Below, one piece after another: positions 47,760 to 60,972 of a stretch of 64,000 nucleotides of DNA. Below the pieces are notes generated by a model. The model did not search any database. It was not told where the DNA came from and saw only the letters and a program-made list of their open reading frames with translations. The position numbers and the translations under genes are program-made. Each line of letters starts with the position of its first letter. Position 1 is the first letter of the stretch. The DNA is from Hyphochytrium catenoides (taxonomy: Eukaryota > Protista > Hyphochytriomycota), in NCBI GenBank assembly GCA_900088475.1, contig FLMG01004374.1, forward strand, positions 62,001 through 126,000. Reading direction: 5' to 3'.

Positions 47760-50700
47760 ATGAGAGGATCTAGAACTTTCCCTGGTGAGATCCCTACGAA
47801 CCGCAAATGGCTTGCCTCCTCGCTCCAGCGTGAGGACTCGATCGCTCTTCCCCCGGTCGTGCGAAGGGCAGAGTCACTGAAGCCCACAGGAGGCGACAGG
47901 GGTGATGCTTGCCATGACCTGCCACCGCAAATCAGCAAGGAGGAAGGTACAATAACTTCCATCAGCAAGCCTGCAAGCGAAGGATACGGTGAAGAAGGAG
48001 ATGCAGCAAGTGATGTTCAAAAGCCTAAGGAGAAGGCCACCCCTGCGTCCTCCTCCGCCGATATTCTTTTGAGCAGTTCGGCAAGAAGCCGCTCAGCCAT
48101 GGGGTCCGAAAGTGGGGTGGATGAGTCATTAGGTTCTAGCTCAATACCGGGACCCAAGAGCGCCACAGTCTCCACGGGGCTAGGGCCTCCAGAAGAGTCT
48201 ATAGGAGAAACACAGCCGTTAGTAGTGGAGGCTGCCCCCGAAGAAGGAGATATTCAAAGTGAAGACTGCGCCAGACGTGACAGTCAGGGCCAGCCTAGTG
48301 AATATAAGGCTATTGAGCCAGCTGTAGCCCAAGCGAGAACCACCAGCGCCCGTGACGGTGGAGTAATAGAAGGAAACGGAGAAGATGTGATGTCCGTTCG
48401 ATCGGAGCCATTACTCCAGAAGCAGAGCCGCGAAGCCCCCTCCATGTCCCCGGCAGATGAGGCCATGGTCATAAAGGCAACCCAAGACCCTACTCATGCC
48501 AGCACGATAGAAGACGAGATGGAGGATAAGTGTGAGAAGTTTAATCATCGCTGCGGCGTTGTCAAGAAGGGCGATATTGTGGAGGTAGACGCCAGAACGT
48601 GGCCAGGCATAAACAAGCACGGCGGCGTAGCTCGAGTGCGAAAAGTTCACGAAGGTTACTGTCTGCGTCCTGTCGGAAGCTCTATTCTTTTCTCGCACCT
48701 CTGATCTTCTACTGTCCTTTAGGCGAAAGTGGCGCTTCGTATGACGTTGCCTACCTTTTGGGTGGTACTGAGAAGATGCTAGAGAGGAAGTACCTGCACA
48801 GAGTGGCATTTAGAAACGAGATCCGTCAGCGTCGTTCTAGAACCTTTTTTCATGGTAAGGAAGCCATTATCGTTCCTCCTGGATGTTACTACTTTTTAAC
48901 AGTCCTTGTACAGACGAGTTCGCTGCCGAATACATTCCCAAAGCTAGGGAAGCAGATTATATACCTTGTGAAGACGGCACACCCTCAGGGTCTTCGCGTG
49001 TGTCGAGCGCCTCAACGTCACTAAACGCAGGCGATAAAAGCAGGCCTGCACCCGATCACGAGCCTGATGAATACGATATGCCGCTTAGCTCCTTGTTCTC
49101 TTTGAAAAACAGTACGAAAAGTGTCGAGAACCTTAACACATCAAAAACATCCAGACGGAAAAGAGCTAGGCCCAATCCTGCGGATGATGGTCAGTTCATA
49201 TTCGAACTCCCCTTCCCTGGTCGCTAAAACATCAGGCTAATCACTGTATGCTTCCCGAGTAGGTGTACCAGGTGTAGCGAAAAGTATCTCAGAGGAAATT
49301 GTTCGAGACAATCCAAGCACCTATGGTCGGCAGTCATTGGAGCCAGAAGAAACCCTTTCCATTTCGGAGAGTGATCCAGAGAGCATGGATGACAACTACG
49401 AGATCCCCAAGACGCTGAACAGTCCCAGTATTACTTCCTCTCGCAGCAGCATCACACAAGGCTCAGATGTTAGTGACGGCGAAGCGAGTCCTAAAGAAGT
49501 CAACGAGACATCTGCTAGCGAAAGCTCCTCTAGAGAGTGGGAGCTTTCCGATGCAGATGCGGAGTTCATACAGCCGGAAGATGACGCGATGGCGCTGCCG
49601 AAGGATGTGCAACATGTGCTAGCCAGAATCCGCGGATTCACAAAGCCTGAGCTACTTCGCACTCTTAAGGAGCAACAACGGGAACTGAGAGAGAAGCAGC
49701 AGAAAATTACAGAGGAACGCAACCAGCTGACAGTAGAATGGGACAGTATTAGCAGTCAGCAGGACAGGGAGAGGGTGTACAGAAAGGTAGGTTGCCACTT
49801 TTGCGGACAGAACTTGACATTGGAAGTCACTAATGGCGGTTCGTTAGCTCCAGAAGCTGGTCAACTACCATCTGAATGAGCTTGTTCGAGGCGGGATCGA
49901 CGTCATCCAGTTTATTGTCCGTCAGCTAGAGTCACGCTTCCACTGGCAAGATGAAAGGTTTGAAATACTGCATGATGCTGATGCTCTCAAGGTGACGGAA
50001 GACGGTCAATGGCTTACCGGTAAACTGCGAGAGTGGAAGATAAAGATGCGAATGACCAGAAAGCTGTCAACCTGGCAAGACCTTGATGAAGACGCGGCTG
50101 CTGACAACTCACAGAGTTCGTCCGAGGACTCTGTTACAGAAGAAATAGGGACAACGACGCTATCCGAGGTTGACAGCCTCCCTCGTCCTGTGCCTCACCA
50201 AGACCCTACTATCAGTAGGGGGAGGGAAGCCAGGTCACGAGCAGGCGATAGGGAAAGATACGGATCAACTAGGGCAAGGCGTAAGAGCCCAATCTCCACA
50301 AACACTGCTAAGGCGACACATACCGCAAGTGCCAGAGCACCCAAGTTACAACGGGAAAAGCGAAGAGAGCGAGGAAAGAAGAGAGAGCGAAACTTTTTTG
50401 GTGCTTGGAAAGAGGTCAGTCAAATCTCAACGCCATTGTTCATGAATTGTCGCTGCTAATAGATGAGTCCTCAGACTCAGAGGGCTGAGAGGAAGAGGCA
50501 GAGACGGTTTGGAGACACAGAACAGCCCACCAGATTGAGAAGATATGGGCAAGAGCCCGGAAGGAGCCATAAAGACAACTCACAAAGGGAAGCCCATCAG
50601 GGGGACGAAGTAGAGGACAATGTGTCTATGGAAGATAGAGATCACAGCGTCCGTGATGTATGGAACGGTGGCGTTGAACAACCAGAAGCCCCTGCCGCAG

Positions 50701-53700
50701 CTCCTCCAAGGTCTCGAGGGAGGTCAGAAAGTATCTTCTTCTTGAACGGACTCGGTAGACCGTTGGGTGTACAAGCCGAAGAGCTTCCAACATCAAGTCC
50801 ACTGTCAGTCGCACCATCCTCGAGTTGCATAGGTAGAGATGGCGAACTTGAAGGCGATGTATCCTCTCTCAAGAACGAGTCGTTCCGGCTATTTAACAGC
50901 GTCCGCCTAGAAATGGCGAAGGCTTGGAGCAAGAGTGAGAATGGTGAGTACTCATACCACCCAGGGACAGCGTCCATAGAGCTGCAGATGGTGACAGCGC
51001 AGCTGAAGGACGCTAATCACTCTCTTTCTGGAGAGTCAGTGCAAGAGTTTCTTGGTTATCTAATGGTGGAGTGGGCCGCCACTGTGTCGTACCTCCCACT
51101 TGGGGCTCGACTCCGTTCTCTGTGGACAGACTGTCGGTGCCGGTGTAGATCTATGTCGCGAAAAGACAATTTTAAGGAGCTCGTCTCTCTCTACTTGGCG
51201 GTCTTGAAGCTTGCGATTGATTTCTGTCTCTTTGTGTGGCAAAATTTGGCAGCGGCACATCACCATGGACTACCCGAACTGTCGGCTTCCATACTCTCAT
51301 CCCTAATAACTCTGCTGGCCCTCGGGTTGGAGTTCGACGAGGCAACCGTCGTGAATAAGACCATCATCCTGTCCCGTCAATTTCTTGGCATCCCTTCCCA
51401 CGAAGCGGGCTGGAGTCGCTTCTCGCAAGCAATAGCAGACCTTGATCACAACCTTCAATGCCTCTGGGAGGAAGCTGCAGACAGGCCTGGATGGTACTTC
51501 TTTGGCTCGTCCTCATGCCAATATTGCCATCAGCTAGTTCTCCTGCGAACAGATGTTCCCATAGGGCAAGCTTCGACCCCTGGCGCTCATCTATCGGCTG
51601 AAGTCCTGTGGCATTTGGTCCTCTTAACCTTAGATAGTGGCGAAAAAGGGGCCGAGGCAGAGAAGTGGAGAGTGGTCAATCGGATTCTTCACCTCTCACC
51701 ATATACTAAGGTTATTCAAGAGCCGCCGGCGGGAGGGTGCGAGAAAGAGAATAACGATGTGCTTCCTACAGGGCGATTCTTTTACAATATTCTCCTCCAA
51801 CGCCTTCTATTTTGCTGTACATATATTGACACCATCGAGAGTGGGCTCGTGCTAGGAGTGTGGGCGTACTATCATGCACACTCGCAGCTACTGGAATCAG
51901 AAAGCGACGTCAAGGGCTTGCAGCACCAAGTAGGTAGGCCGTGCGAAGTAGACGCTCTTGTGCCTACAAAGGAGAGGAGTGCCCAGGACGTAAGAAAGAG
52001 AAATGCTCCAGCTTCCTGCGCATGTTTCTCATCGACGCCCACTTTCTTTACCAGTCAAGAGAAGAGCCAGTGCAGCTGTTCTCAACCAATCCTCTGTGCT
52101 TGCAGACTACCTGCCTTTCTACTACTGCCACTTGGGGACCAGCGGGCGGCCGCTTCCCAGCCCATCGAAGCCTCTTTAAGTGGCCATTTCCGCTTCAAGC
52201 AAAGGGACCCCGTGGAGGTACTCTCACTAATGGCTTTGCATACACTTCGCTCAGTCAGAAAGCCGGTTCAGCGGAATAAGCTAACAGCCAAATTCTTAGA
52301 GCTCCTGCCAGACGGCTACATGGCAACACCGTCCACCCTGGCAGCTCAGCAATTAGGTGCTCTTTCTTCCGTTGTACTGAAAGGTAGCAACTTAGACCCA
52401 CCCGTTTGGTCAGATCGCCAATTGGAGAACGCCATCTCATTGGTGCTAACACTCGCCACGGCGGCTGTTGATTCTTTGGCAATGGATGTTGGGTCCAAGT
52501 CTTGCCCCAAGGCCGTCCAAATATCACGGTCCCTAGGCAGCTATTTGAGGACTTTACTCAAGCTCTCGATTTCCGCTGCAGATGGCGCCCTACCACTTAC
52601 GGTTAAGGTAACAACGCCGCCACCGGTGACAATCCAAGCGATTTGTGTCCTTGCGGGGCTTACCCTGGGCGCCGGTGGTCCAATAGAAGAGCACCTGAGC
52701 CTCCTCTCTACCTATTTGCACGCTTCCAAGGACACTAACTCCTTTGTGACGAGTCTGGATAGTTCTGCGAGTCGAAGTGTTTTTGTTGAGAAGCTTGTCC
52801 TCAGTGGACTCTTGCGGCTGATGCTGAGGATCAAGAGAGATCTCTATCAGAAATCTGACGCGGCCGCACTCTCTTCCGCCTGCTCAAGTTATCTCAGCTT
52901 CTTACCGATTGTGACGAAAGGCATCGCCGCAGCTTTCACGGCTGCTGCTGGAGGTCGATCGCCACAGGGTACCCTTCGGATAGCTTTCACAATTGTTGCC
53001 ACCTTCCTCTCTGAGGAACAAACAGTCGTCTATCCCCCTCTCTTCCGCTTTGCGAACCACCAAATTCAAGAAGTGCAGGCTTTGCCTAGAGTTGGCTCCG
53101 CCTTAGCAGAGCCCTCCGGTGGCAACTCCCTCTCACCCCGGCACAAGGTGCCAAGTGCTGACGAGTACGGTTGTGATGACGATTTTCTGGAAGCACTGGG
53201 TGCCTACGATCTGGAGGCAGAAATGGCGGCTCATATGACACGAGCCAATACAGGCAACGCCCGCGGCGCAAATGAGGAGAGAGTGCAGCAGCTATCCAAG
53301 GACGTTTCTGTCGCCCTGGATAAGGGGCTGAAGTTACCCCTTCAGAAGCTTCTTGCCTCCTTTTACGAACCGTGGGGCTCAGGTGGCCAGACTACTCCCG
53401 AGCTCCCGTCTGAGCTTACCTCTTATGCACTGCAGGAGGAATTGGTGCTCTTCACCTTGGCCCAGATAGTCACCGCCAATTGTCAAGCGTCTCCATCCCA
53501 GGGTTCGGCATGGCGTCAGGCGCTGGAACAGTATGGACTGGGCCCCACAGCCATGTGGTTTTCCTTCCAGAGAACAAGTGTTGGAAAATTGCTTCCTGCT
53601 AGACTCTTTGTTCTGTTTGTCGCTCTAGGTGACGAGAGCATGTACCAACAGGTGTTCGGGCAATCCATCATTTCTCGCCGTTCACTTAGAGAAATCGTCC

Positions 53701-56239
53701 AGGGACCGGGTCATACTGGTCTGGCTTATGCTCTGCGCCTTTGGGTTCACGCGGGTTTTGATGTGGAAACAGAGTTATTGGTGAGACTTACTGAGAGCAC
53801 ATTCTTCCATAATCTCTCTTCAATGCTCTCTACTGGCATTCAAGGCTGTCCAGCTCTCAGCTGCGAAGGTTTGGGCCCATTGGATGGTGTGCTTTCCATG
53901 CTTCAGGGATTTCTCTTGAGCGAGATCGCAAGGGCCTGGGCTGAAGCTTCAAAGACCAAGAATCGGCAGCTACTCAACAGCTTCAGGACAAACCTCTTTG
54001 ACAAGAAGATGGGCCTCTTTGCCAACGTATCACGGTAAGGTTTGATGTCTGTTGGGCTCTTCACTCTGCCAAGGCTAGGCCATCTAAATCTCACGTCACG
54101 TCAATTTAGCGTATGCCTCGACTTTCTTCCAGGCGTATGAACTCTAAAGTAGTGTCACTCTCCAGGCTCATTGAACATAGTCTGTCACGCTTGGTAGCAT
54201 GCGTTGTGGAGCATGTTCGCCTGCAGGACAAAGGAGGAGCAAGAGGGCTTCAGATATCTTTCAAGAAAAGACTCGTGAATGAAAGCATGATAGAGGCCGC
54301 CATCTCTGCCAACGTCCTAAAGACTGGCACCGGCTACATACTTCTTGGAAAATATATTTCCGCAATAGGCATATTTATAGGTAACTGCCTGCGCACACTA
54401 GGGCACATCGGACATCTTTTGGGCCCAGAATGCTTCTTTCCGGAACTCCTCCGTGCATTCTGTCCTCTAGCCTTCCCTGCCGCGGGACAGTCTACACGGC
54501 GTGAACCTTCCAGACCCACAGCAGGTGTAGCACTGTGTTGTTCGCTTTTCTAGAGAGTTCTTCTGCACTTACCCCTGATCTTATGCTCTTTCTTCCTAAT
54601 GTCCTCAGCGACCGTTGCGTATTCTATCGAGGGCGGGCGACTTTCTTCCCAAAATGAGGGAATAGTGTCGACGGAACAGCTAATCTTGAATCAGCTCCGC
54701 GAGTATGTGGGCATCTGTCTCTATGGGGACTTGGTGCGCTACTTAGCACAGGTAATTACTCCCCTTGGCTTTTCTTGCTCTAAAGTTGAGCCTTAGCAAG
54801 TGACACTGTGTTCACTTCTGATCTTCGTTTCTCTCATGTTCTCCGATCTTACTGCGCCTGTTGCGGCATTTATCAGACGGCAGAATACTTTCAAGTCTAT
54901 GGAGCTGGATGGCGCACCTCTGCTGTCCATGGCCTCCTTATGAACCTGCTAGTTAGAGAAGGAGCCTTGAGCTTGATGTCCTACAAATTTCATGGTATTC
55001 GACAGTATTCTTCCGCCGCCTTTAGGGCGAGTCAACTTCCAGTTGACAAGGGAACCATTCTACTTAGCTCCCTTGCATGCGGCCTCTTATGTTCGAGGGC
55101 CTGTGAATGTGTCTTGGACATTATGCAGCGGTTGAGAACCTGGAGAAGTGAGGTTGATATTGACTTAGATGCGATTGTTGGCTTTTGCTCGAACTCTGCT
55201 TCCTCTGTACTTTATGGGATGGAGGACTTACTTCACCAGGAAGCCCTCAGGAAACTTAGGGAGTTCATCCTTTTGAGGGGTGTTCCTGCTGTGTTAAAGT
55301 CTTCGGAAACAGAGGAGACGCTGCTGTCGAGTTTACGCCTCATGAACGTCCTGGTCTCTCATAGACCAGATGTACTTTCCAGCAGGGAGACACTCTACCC
55401 GTTAACCGTATTCGTCCTCAGTCCAGCCGGATTGCCGAGTCCGTCTGCAGCAGATAGATTGTCAACCAACGTCACTCAAGCTTGCACTCTCACAAGGTAT
55501 GAACGGGCAGCTCAGAAAGACGCTGGAAGTGAGGTGGGGGCAACAAGAGCCAGGTGAAGCTCGTAGATTTTTAAGGCAAAGAAGGAGATACACAAGGGAA
55601 AGAACGTAAAGGATGTTAAGTAACTAACTCAATCTTTTACCAGGAGTGCAATCGTTGTGGAGCTCTGCAAGCTTTCCCTCTCACTGAGCGAGCTTTTCGG
55701 AGGGGTGTCAACGACTGAGAGCCCAGTCGAAGAGGAGTACTTTGAGACCCTCCTCACTCTCCTCTCGCTGAAGCTATCTCTTTTCTGCGAACATTTGGCA
55801 GCTGCTTACCATGGTCGCCAAGATAGCCTCGCTCAAGACGACGGGGGCATCGTAACAAGAAGGAGTGAGGTCTTCCTCCACTCCTTAACTGTTTTGGCCT
55901 GCAAATCCAGCGACAAGGGCAGAACCTCTGAACTGATATCCAATGCCTTGGCCTGTCTAGAAAAGTCTCCCACACCGTTAATCGTCTCGAGTTTCAGAAT
56001 GCAGAGCTATGTGCAGGTCAGTTTGAAGTAGCCACAGACGGTAATCTTGGTTTGTCGGTTGGCTTAATCGTTGGGCCTTTCACCTCCCTCACCAGGAACA
56101 CAAGGTGACCATATCTGTCATTACTCAGTGTGCTGCGCAGCTCCAAGGACATAGTGAAGCCCTACGCGTGGTGTGCTCATCCTTCTTGGACCCATCGCTA
56201 ACCTCCGCCAGAGCGGCTTTGGCCGGTGAGAGGTTGTGA
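47760..56239 (+). CDS. Large MMS22L/Mus7-like helical-repeat protein with an N-terminal disordered region and Tudor-like module, about 11 exons
   Basis: All ORF pieces join in frame through GT-AG introns (donors ~48655, 48855, 49190, 49787, 50414, 54034, 54525, 54752, 55497, 56017) to the stop at 56237-56239. Segments KWRVVNRILH...LLQRLLFCC...LVLGVWAYY, WSDRQLENAISLVLTLATA and AWRQALEQYG...MWFSFQRT resemble MMS22L/Mus7 blocks as I remember them. The gene structure is solid; the family call is moderate. Confidence 0.6.
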
Positions 56240-57776
56240 CCTGTACAAGATAAGACCCAGAGAGCCAGCTGCCATCTTCACAGCGTGTAGCTGGCAAAGT
56301 GTACTTTAGATATATATTGCATACAACTGGCCAAGCACTGTATAAAGGGCCAGAGTGTTGTTTGTTATTAAATCGCCGTGGCAGTGACAGTGACATGGAA
56401 CACTGACAGCGGAAATAGCATAGGATAATCCTAGTAAATTAGCCATCGATCAATCCTTTTCTTTTTGCACCTCCATCAGAGCAGACTCTATCATCAGTAC
56501 TTTTGAGGCAGAACGATTGCAAAAGCCCGTAGGTCGCGTTAAGGTGCTTAGGGTCTAACACAGGTTGGACTTGATCTTCAGACGATGGATTCATCACAGA
56601 AGGGTATGTGACCAAAGTGTAGATATCTTATCGGCCGCTGGCCATACCATTCAGAAGAAGAGAACAGCTTCCGCCCAGCCGCCTCATCCTATTGATGGCT
56701 CATACCATCTATGATCCTTTCCCAATGCAAAGTTTATTGTGATCACGTTACATAGTGCTGCCCGCTTCTAAAAAGGGTCTCTCGTCATCCACCTTGCCCG
56801 CAGGGCTCTTGTCGTTGTTCCTTAGTAGCTCCTTTCATTAAGGTGCTCAAGTCTAATAGAGGTGAACTCAAGTGAACTCTACACAGTAGTACATCCTCAG
56901 CAGCATGCCCAATGAAGAAGAGAATAGCCCTGCTGCCTGGCTGTCCTGCCTCATCACCTCTGTGCCTCATACCGCGCCAGTTCCTAGTTCTCACTCACCG
57001 CGCCGATCGATGCTGCGTGCTGCGGCGATGCGACTGACATCTTGAAACTTCAACCTGTCATCATCAGGGATACAGTAATCGGAATGAGATCAAAGAATGA
57101 TTCTTGCGAATGAAGGAAGAAGTTTCTTTATCATCTTGAAGGTCAAGAACCTGGTATCTCTCAGCAACTCTGTCTCTCTGCAGAACACACTCATCTGTGC
57201 GTTGGAGGCAGCTTATTGTTAGAGTCAATTAGAGGTTGCCTGGCCAAACGCAGTCACTAGAATCCGTCTCGTTGACATCTCTATCCTGCTCTTCCTTAGC
57301 CAGGAGTGACGGATGCTGCCTCTTAGCGCTGCTTGAGGCACAAAGACGACGAAGGCGTAGCGCGGATCCAAAGCAGCCGAGTCCTTTGCCGCTGTGAAAG
57401 ACGATGTGGGGCAGCTGCACCATTCAGAGTCAGACAGTTAACATTAAGCAGCCTGGAGGACAAAGGCGGCTTGGCTACACAGCTCCTATTGCCAAGCGGT
57501 GAAGCTGTGACTCATCTGATGTGCCCTTGCCGCGCAAAGGCACGGCCTCTAGAAGGAGCACTGGGCTAGAGCTAGTGTCAGCGGCACTGGGGCGCACAAC
57601 CTAAACATCTTCAATTCGTCAATGCCCTTTAAGGAGACTTACGAGACTTCTCCTACCATGAGATGCCCTAGTGGAAGGCGTGCCCTCGCTTGATGGTAGC
57701 TGCGGAAGTTTGTGGCCTGCGACACTGTCCTTCAAACTGTGAACATAACCTGGAAAGCTTCCCATCGTTCCGCACA

Positions 57777-60700
57777 ATGATGAGTAGTGGGAGTTCAAGA
57801 CAGGCGAACTTGCAGCGAATCGTCCTGAGAAGAGAGTTGACCGGAGAATCAAGCGCTCATCATCAGATTATCCTCGGCCATGGGGCCTTAATGCGGCGCC
57901 TAGAATGCGTAAAGGAGCTGGAGGGCCACAGTGGCTGCGTCAATCGTATGAGTTGGAATGAAGACGGTGGGATTCTGGCCAGTGTCAGTGATGATCTACA
58001 CCTTTGCCTTTGGGAGCACGGCTCCTGGAGGCTGAGGTCGAAGATCAACACTGGTCATAGCAGGAACATCTTTGGTGTGCGCTTTCTGCCTGATCGGAAC
58101 AGCGAAGTCATCGTGACAGGTATATAGATTAGCGCACTCTCCTTCACGGACGCGGGAGCTCATGTGTGGCTCCCGAGCACATGAGAGTGACGCTGGCATC
58201 CTAACTCTATTTCCTTTCTGAATCTGCCGATCACGACCATGACGGCGACGACAAGTTGCTTACTGACCTCTCACGTCCTCAGAATCAGTTCCCTACCTAA
58301 TTTCCTCTTCATTCTCGTCCATATCTCTCGGATGCGGTATCTTTACTCTTTTAACCATGCTCCTGTTCTTCTCCTTCGCCCTATTGACGCTTGCTACTAG
58401 TCATTCATAACGTCCTTTTCTCATAAGTTCTCTTTGACGTGGCTCAGGTGCAATGGACTGCGAAGTCCGTCTTCATTGCCTCAACTCCTCCACGCCCAGG
58501 TCTGTCTTCCGCGGACATGAGGGACGAGTCAAGGACGTGGCGGTTGCGCCTGACGATAGGAATCTGTTTTGGAGCGCTAGTGAAGACGGAACAGTTAGGC
58601 AATACGATGTAAGAGCCATGAGTGCGGGCAGGAGTCGGACGACATACAACGGAGATCCTGTTTACACAGGCGACATCCTTATAGATTGCGGCTACCTCAC
58701 CTTTAAAAGTGGAGGGATCTCAAGAGTGGCTAAAGCTATGTCCTTGGACATAAACCCGGTAGACACTACGAAGGTAGTGGTCGGCTCTGTGGACAATGCT
58801 GTCCGTGTATATGACAGGAGAATGCTCACGCCGCAGGTACGCTATTGGAGTATTCGGGGCCTCTCACTCCTGCGGACGCCAAATCCGTTCCTGTCCGCGT
58901 CGCCTCTATGTTCTCCGTGCTTGTCTCTAAGACATACGTCGCTCTCTCTTCCCTCCATCTTCAGTTGGTCTACGCGGTCTTTCCTTTATCCGTCTTACGA
59001 AGTACTCTCTTAGGGAGGTGCACTTGGAAATCAGGACGGCCGCCAAGAAACTTTGCCGGTTATCAAGCTCCGTCCTGGCCATGTACCCGAGCAGATCCGG
59101 CGGTACAGCGCCTCATACATTACGTCTGTACAATATAACAGGCAAGGAACCGAAGTACTAGCCAGTTACCATGACGACAATATCTATCTATTCTCCCTTG
59201 GCCGGGAGGATGACAGGCTTGAGATAGAGAAGGAGTTTTGGGCACAAAACAAGTCAAGAAGAGACGACAGAGGGGACCTAGCGGGAAATGAAAGAGTCGG
59301 AGAGAGATCTGGATATGGACAGTCCTCCTCTTCCGTCCCCCCTTTGAGTAGAAAAAGCGACCTACGATGGGTCTACCTTGCATTAGAAAAGGCGGAGAGG
59401 CTGCAATGCGATGGTAAACACATAGCAGCTATACGCTGCTTGTCGCAGCCGATTGGACTCTTAGGACAGAACTGCCCGTCCGCGCTCTATCTCGCTCGCG
59501 CCCACTCTTTCCTAAACCGCAAGTGGAAAGGTGATGCTTACCAGGCCCAGTTGGACTGCGTTCAGGCTCTACAATTGGAGAATAACCGGAGTCCAGGGCT
59601 GAAAGAAAGTGATAGACGGCGGTGCTTGGAGGTCCTGCTAAAGGTATGTCCGTCGCATACCATCTAATGCCCTCAGTATTGGATCTCCTGCGCTACATGT
59701 CTTCCGTAATGTCTAACATCGCCTTGGCGTGTTCTCAAAGGCATACAAGAAACAGAAGAAGCATCAATCTGCAGAGAAGCTCCGGAAGTATCTCAAGGAA
59801 AGTTATCAAGATTTCGAAGACGAGGAAGACAAAGGTAGCGAAGAAGCCACCAATTTTGTTCCTAACTTGGCTGTCCACCTTCTTCTTCTGTACCTGCACT
59901 TTCTGGAGAACAGGCAGCGGCTTACTGAGCTCTTGTCCCTGCAGAGAGCTCTGGCGCGGAAGACTCAAACTCAGATTCTGACGGAATGGGTGATGATGAA
60001 GGTGAGCTTTTGGACATTCACTGATGAAAGTATAAAAAGAGGATTGAAGAAATCGGTGAGATAATATAATAAGCTGAGAGAGGCAGGCTGGGAAGAACTA
60101 GATAGAGACAACATCTTTACTGGATGAATGTCAGGGGAGAGTTTAGGACCCAGAGTCATTGTGGCTGGGGGCTGGTGCTTCGAAGGCTGGCAGGATGAGC
60201 CAAGCAACTGACCTCGTGTGCGCGCAGTGTGCACTCCGCCTGTTGCGGACGGGGGCGGCACTGCGTCAGTTTATCCTCGGTGGGTGACTCGGCACATCCA
60301 GCGATATGTAGGGCATAGTAACTACAGGGTAAGTAAGCTCTACCGACCTGTTTCCCAAGCTAATGGCTTCACTCGACCACACTTGCATCTGTTCCATACC
60401 TATACCCCTCACTCCCCTCCCACGAGTCCTTGACATATTCTGATAAAGTTTCGTCGATGCCTCCTTCAAGACGGATATCAAGGAAGCCAAATTCTTTGGC
60501 CAGGACGGCGAGCACATAGTAGGTGGCAGCGATGATGGACGAATCTTTGTCTGGGACAAAAGAACAGGAAATCTGGTCCAGTCCATGCATGGCGATGCCG
60601 ACGTCGTAAACTGCGTGCAGTCTCATCCTTTCGAGACCTTGCTGGCATCGTCGGGCATAGAGGACGTGGTCAGGATATGGTCGCCCGTGGGGGAGAGCAA

Positions 60701-60848
60701 GATGACCGAGGACCTCGAGGCTTGGGATGAGGTGATGGAAAGCAACCAGCGCCGGTTGATCCATCTGTCTCTCTCTCATTTCGCGCTGCATGAGTATCTT
60801 TTTAGGCACACAAGGGAGTTCTCGACAGAACGGTGCGCACAGAGCTAG
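57777..60848 (+). CDS. WDTC1: WD40 + TPR protein, WDTC1/DCAF9 (adipose) homolog, CRL4 substrate receptor family
   Basis: ELEGHSGCVNRMSWNEDG..LASVSDD, TGHSRNIFGVRF, HEGRVKDV..FWSASEDGTVRQYDVR, VRVYDRRML, EVLASYHDDNIYLF, TPR segment LYLARAHSFLNRKWKGDAYQAQLDC, RYVGHSNY..TDIKEAKFFG..GGSDDGRIFVWD, GDADVVNCVQSHP..LASSGIE. Ends CAQS*. Confidence 0.9.
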
Positions 60849-60972
60849 TGTAAACTGTCAACTTAGTTTCTTTGGCAACAACTTCTTGTTCATACAATCT
60901 GTAGAGGTCTAAGTAGGGAATGCCAAAGAACGGTGAAAATAGGGAAGAGTCATTGGACTTCAAGGGACTGTT

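Noticed and set aside
56470-57330. Box C/D snoRNA-like motifs (RTGATGA/CTGA) on the minus strand
   Set aside because: The motifs are short, and I could not identify an rRNA-complementary guide or terminal stem without a search (snoscan/Infernal would decide).
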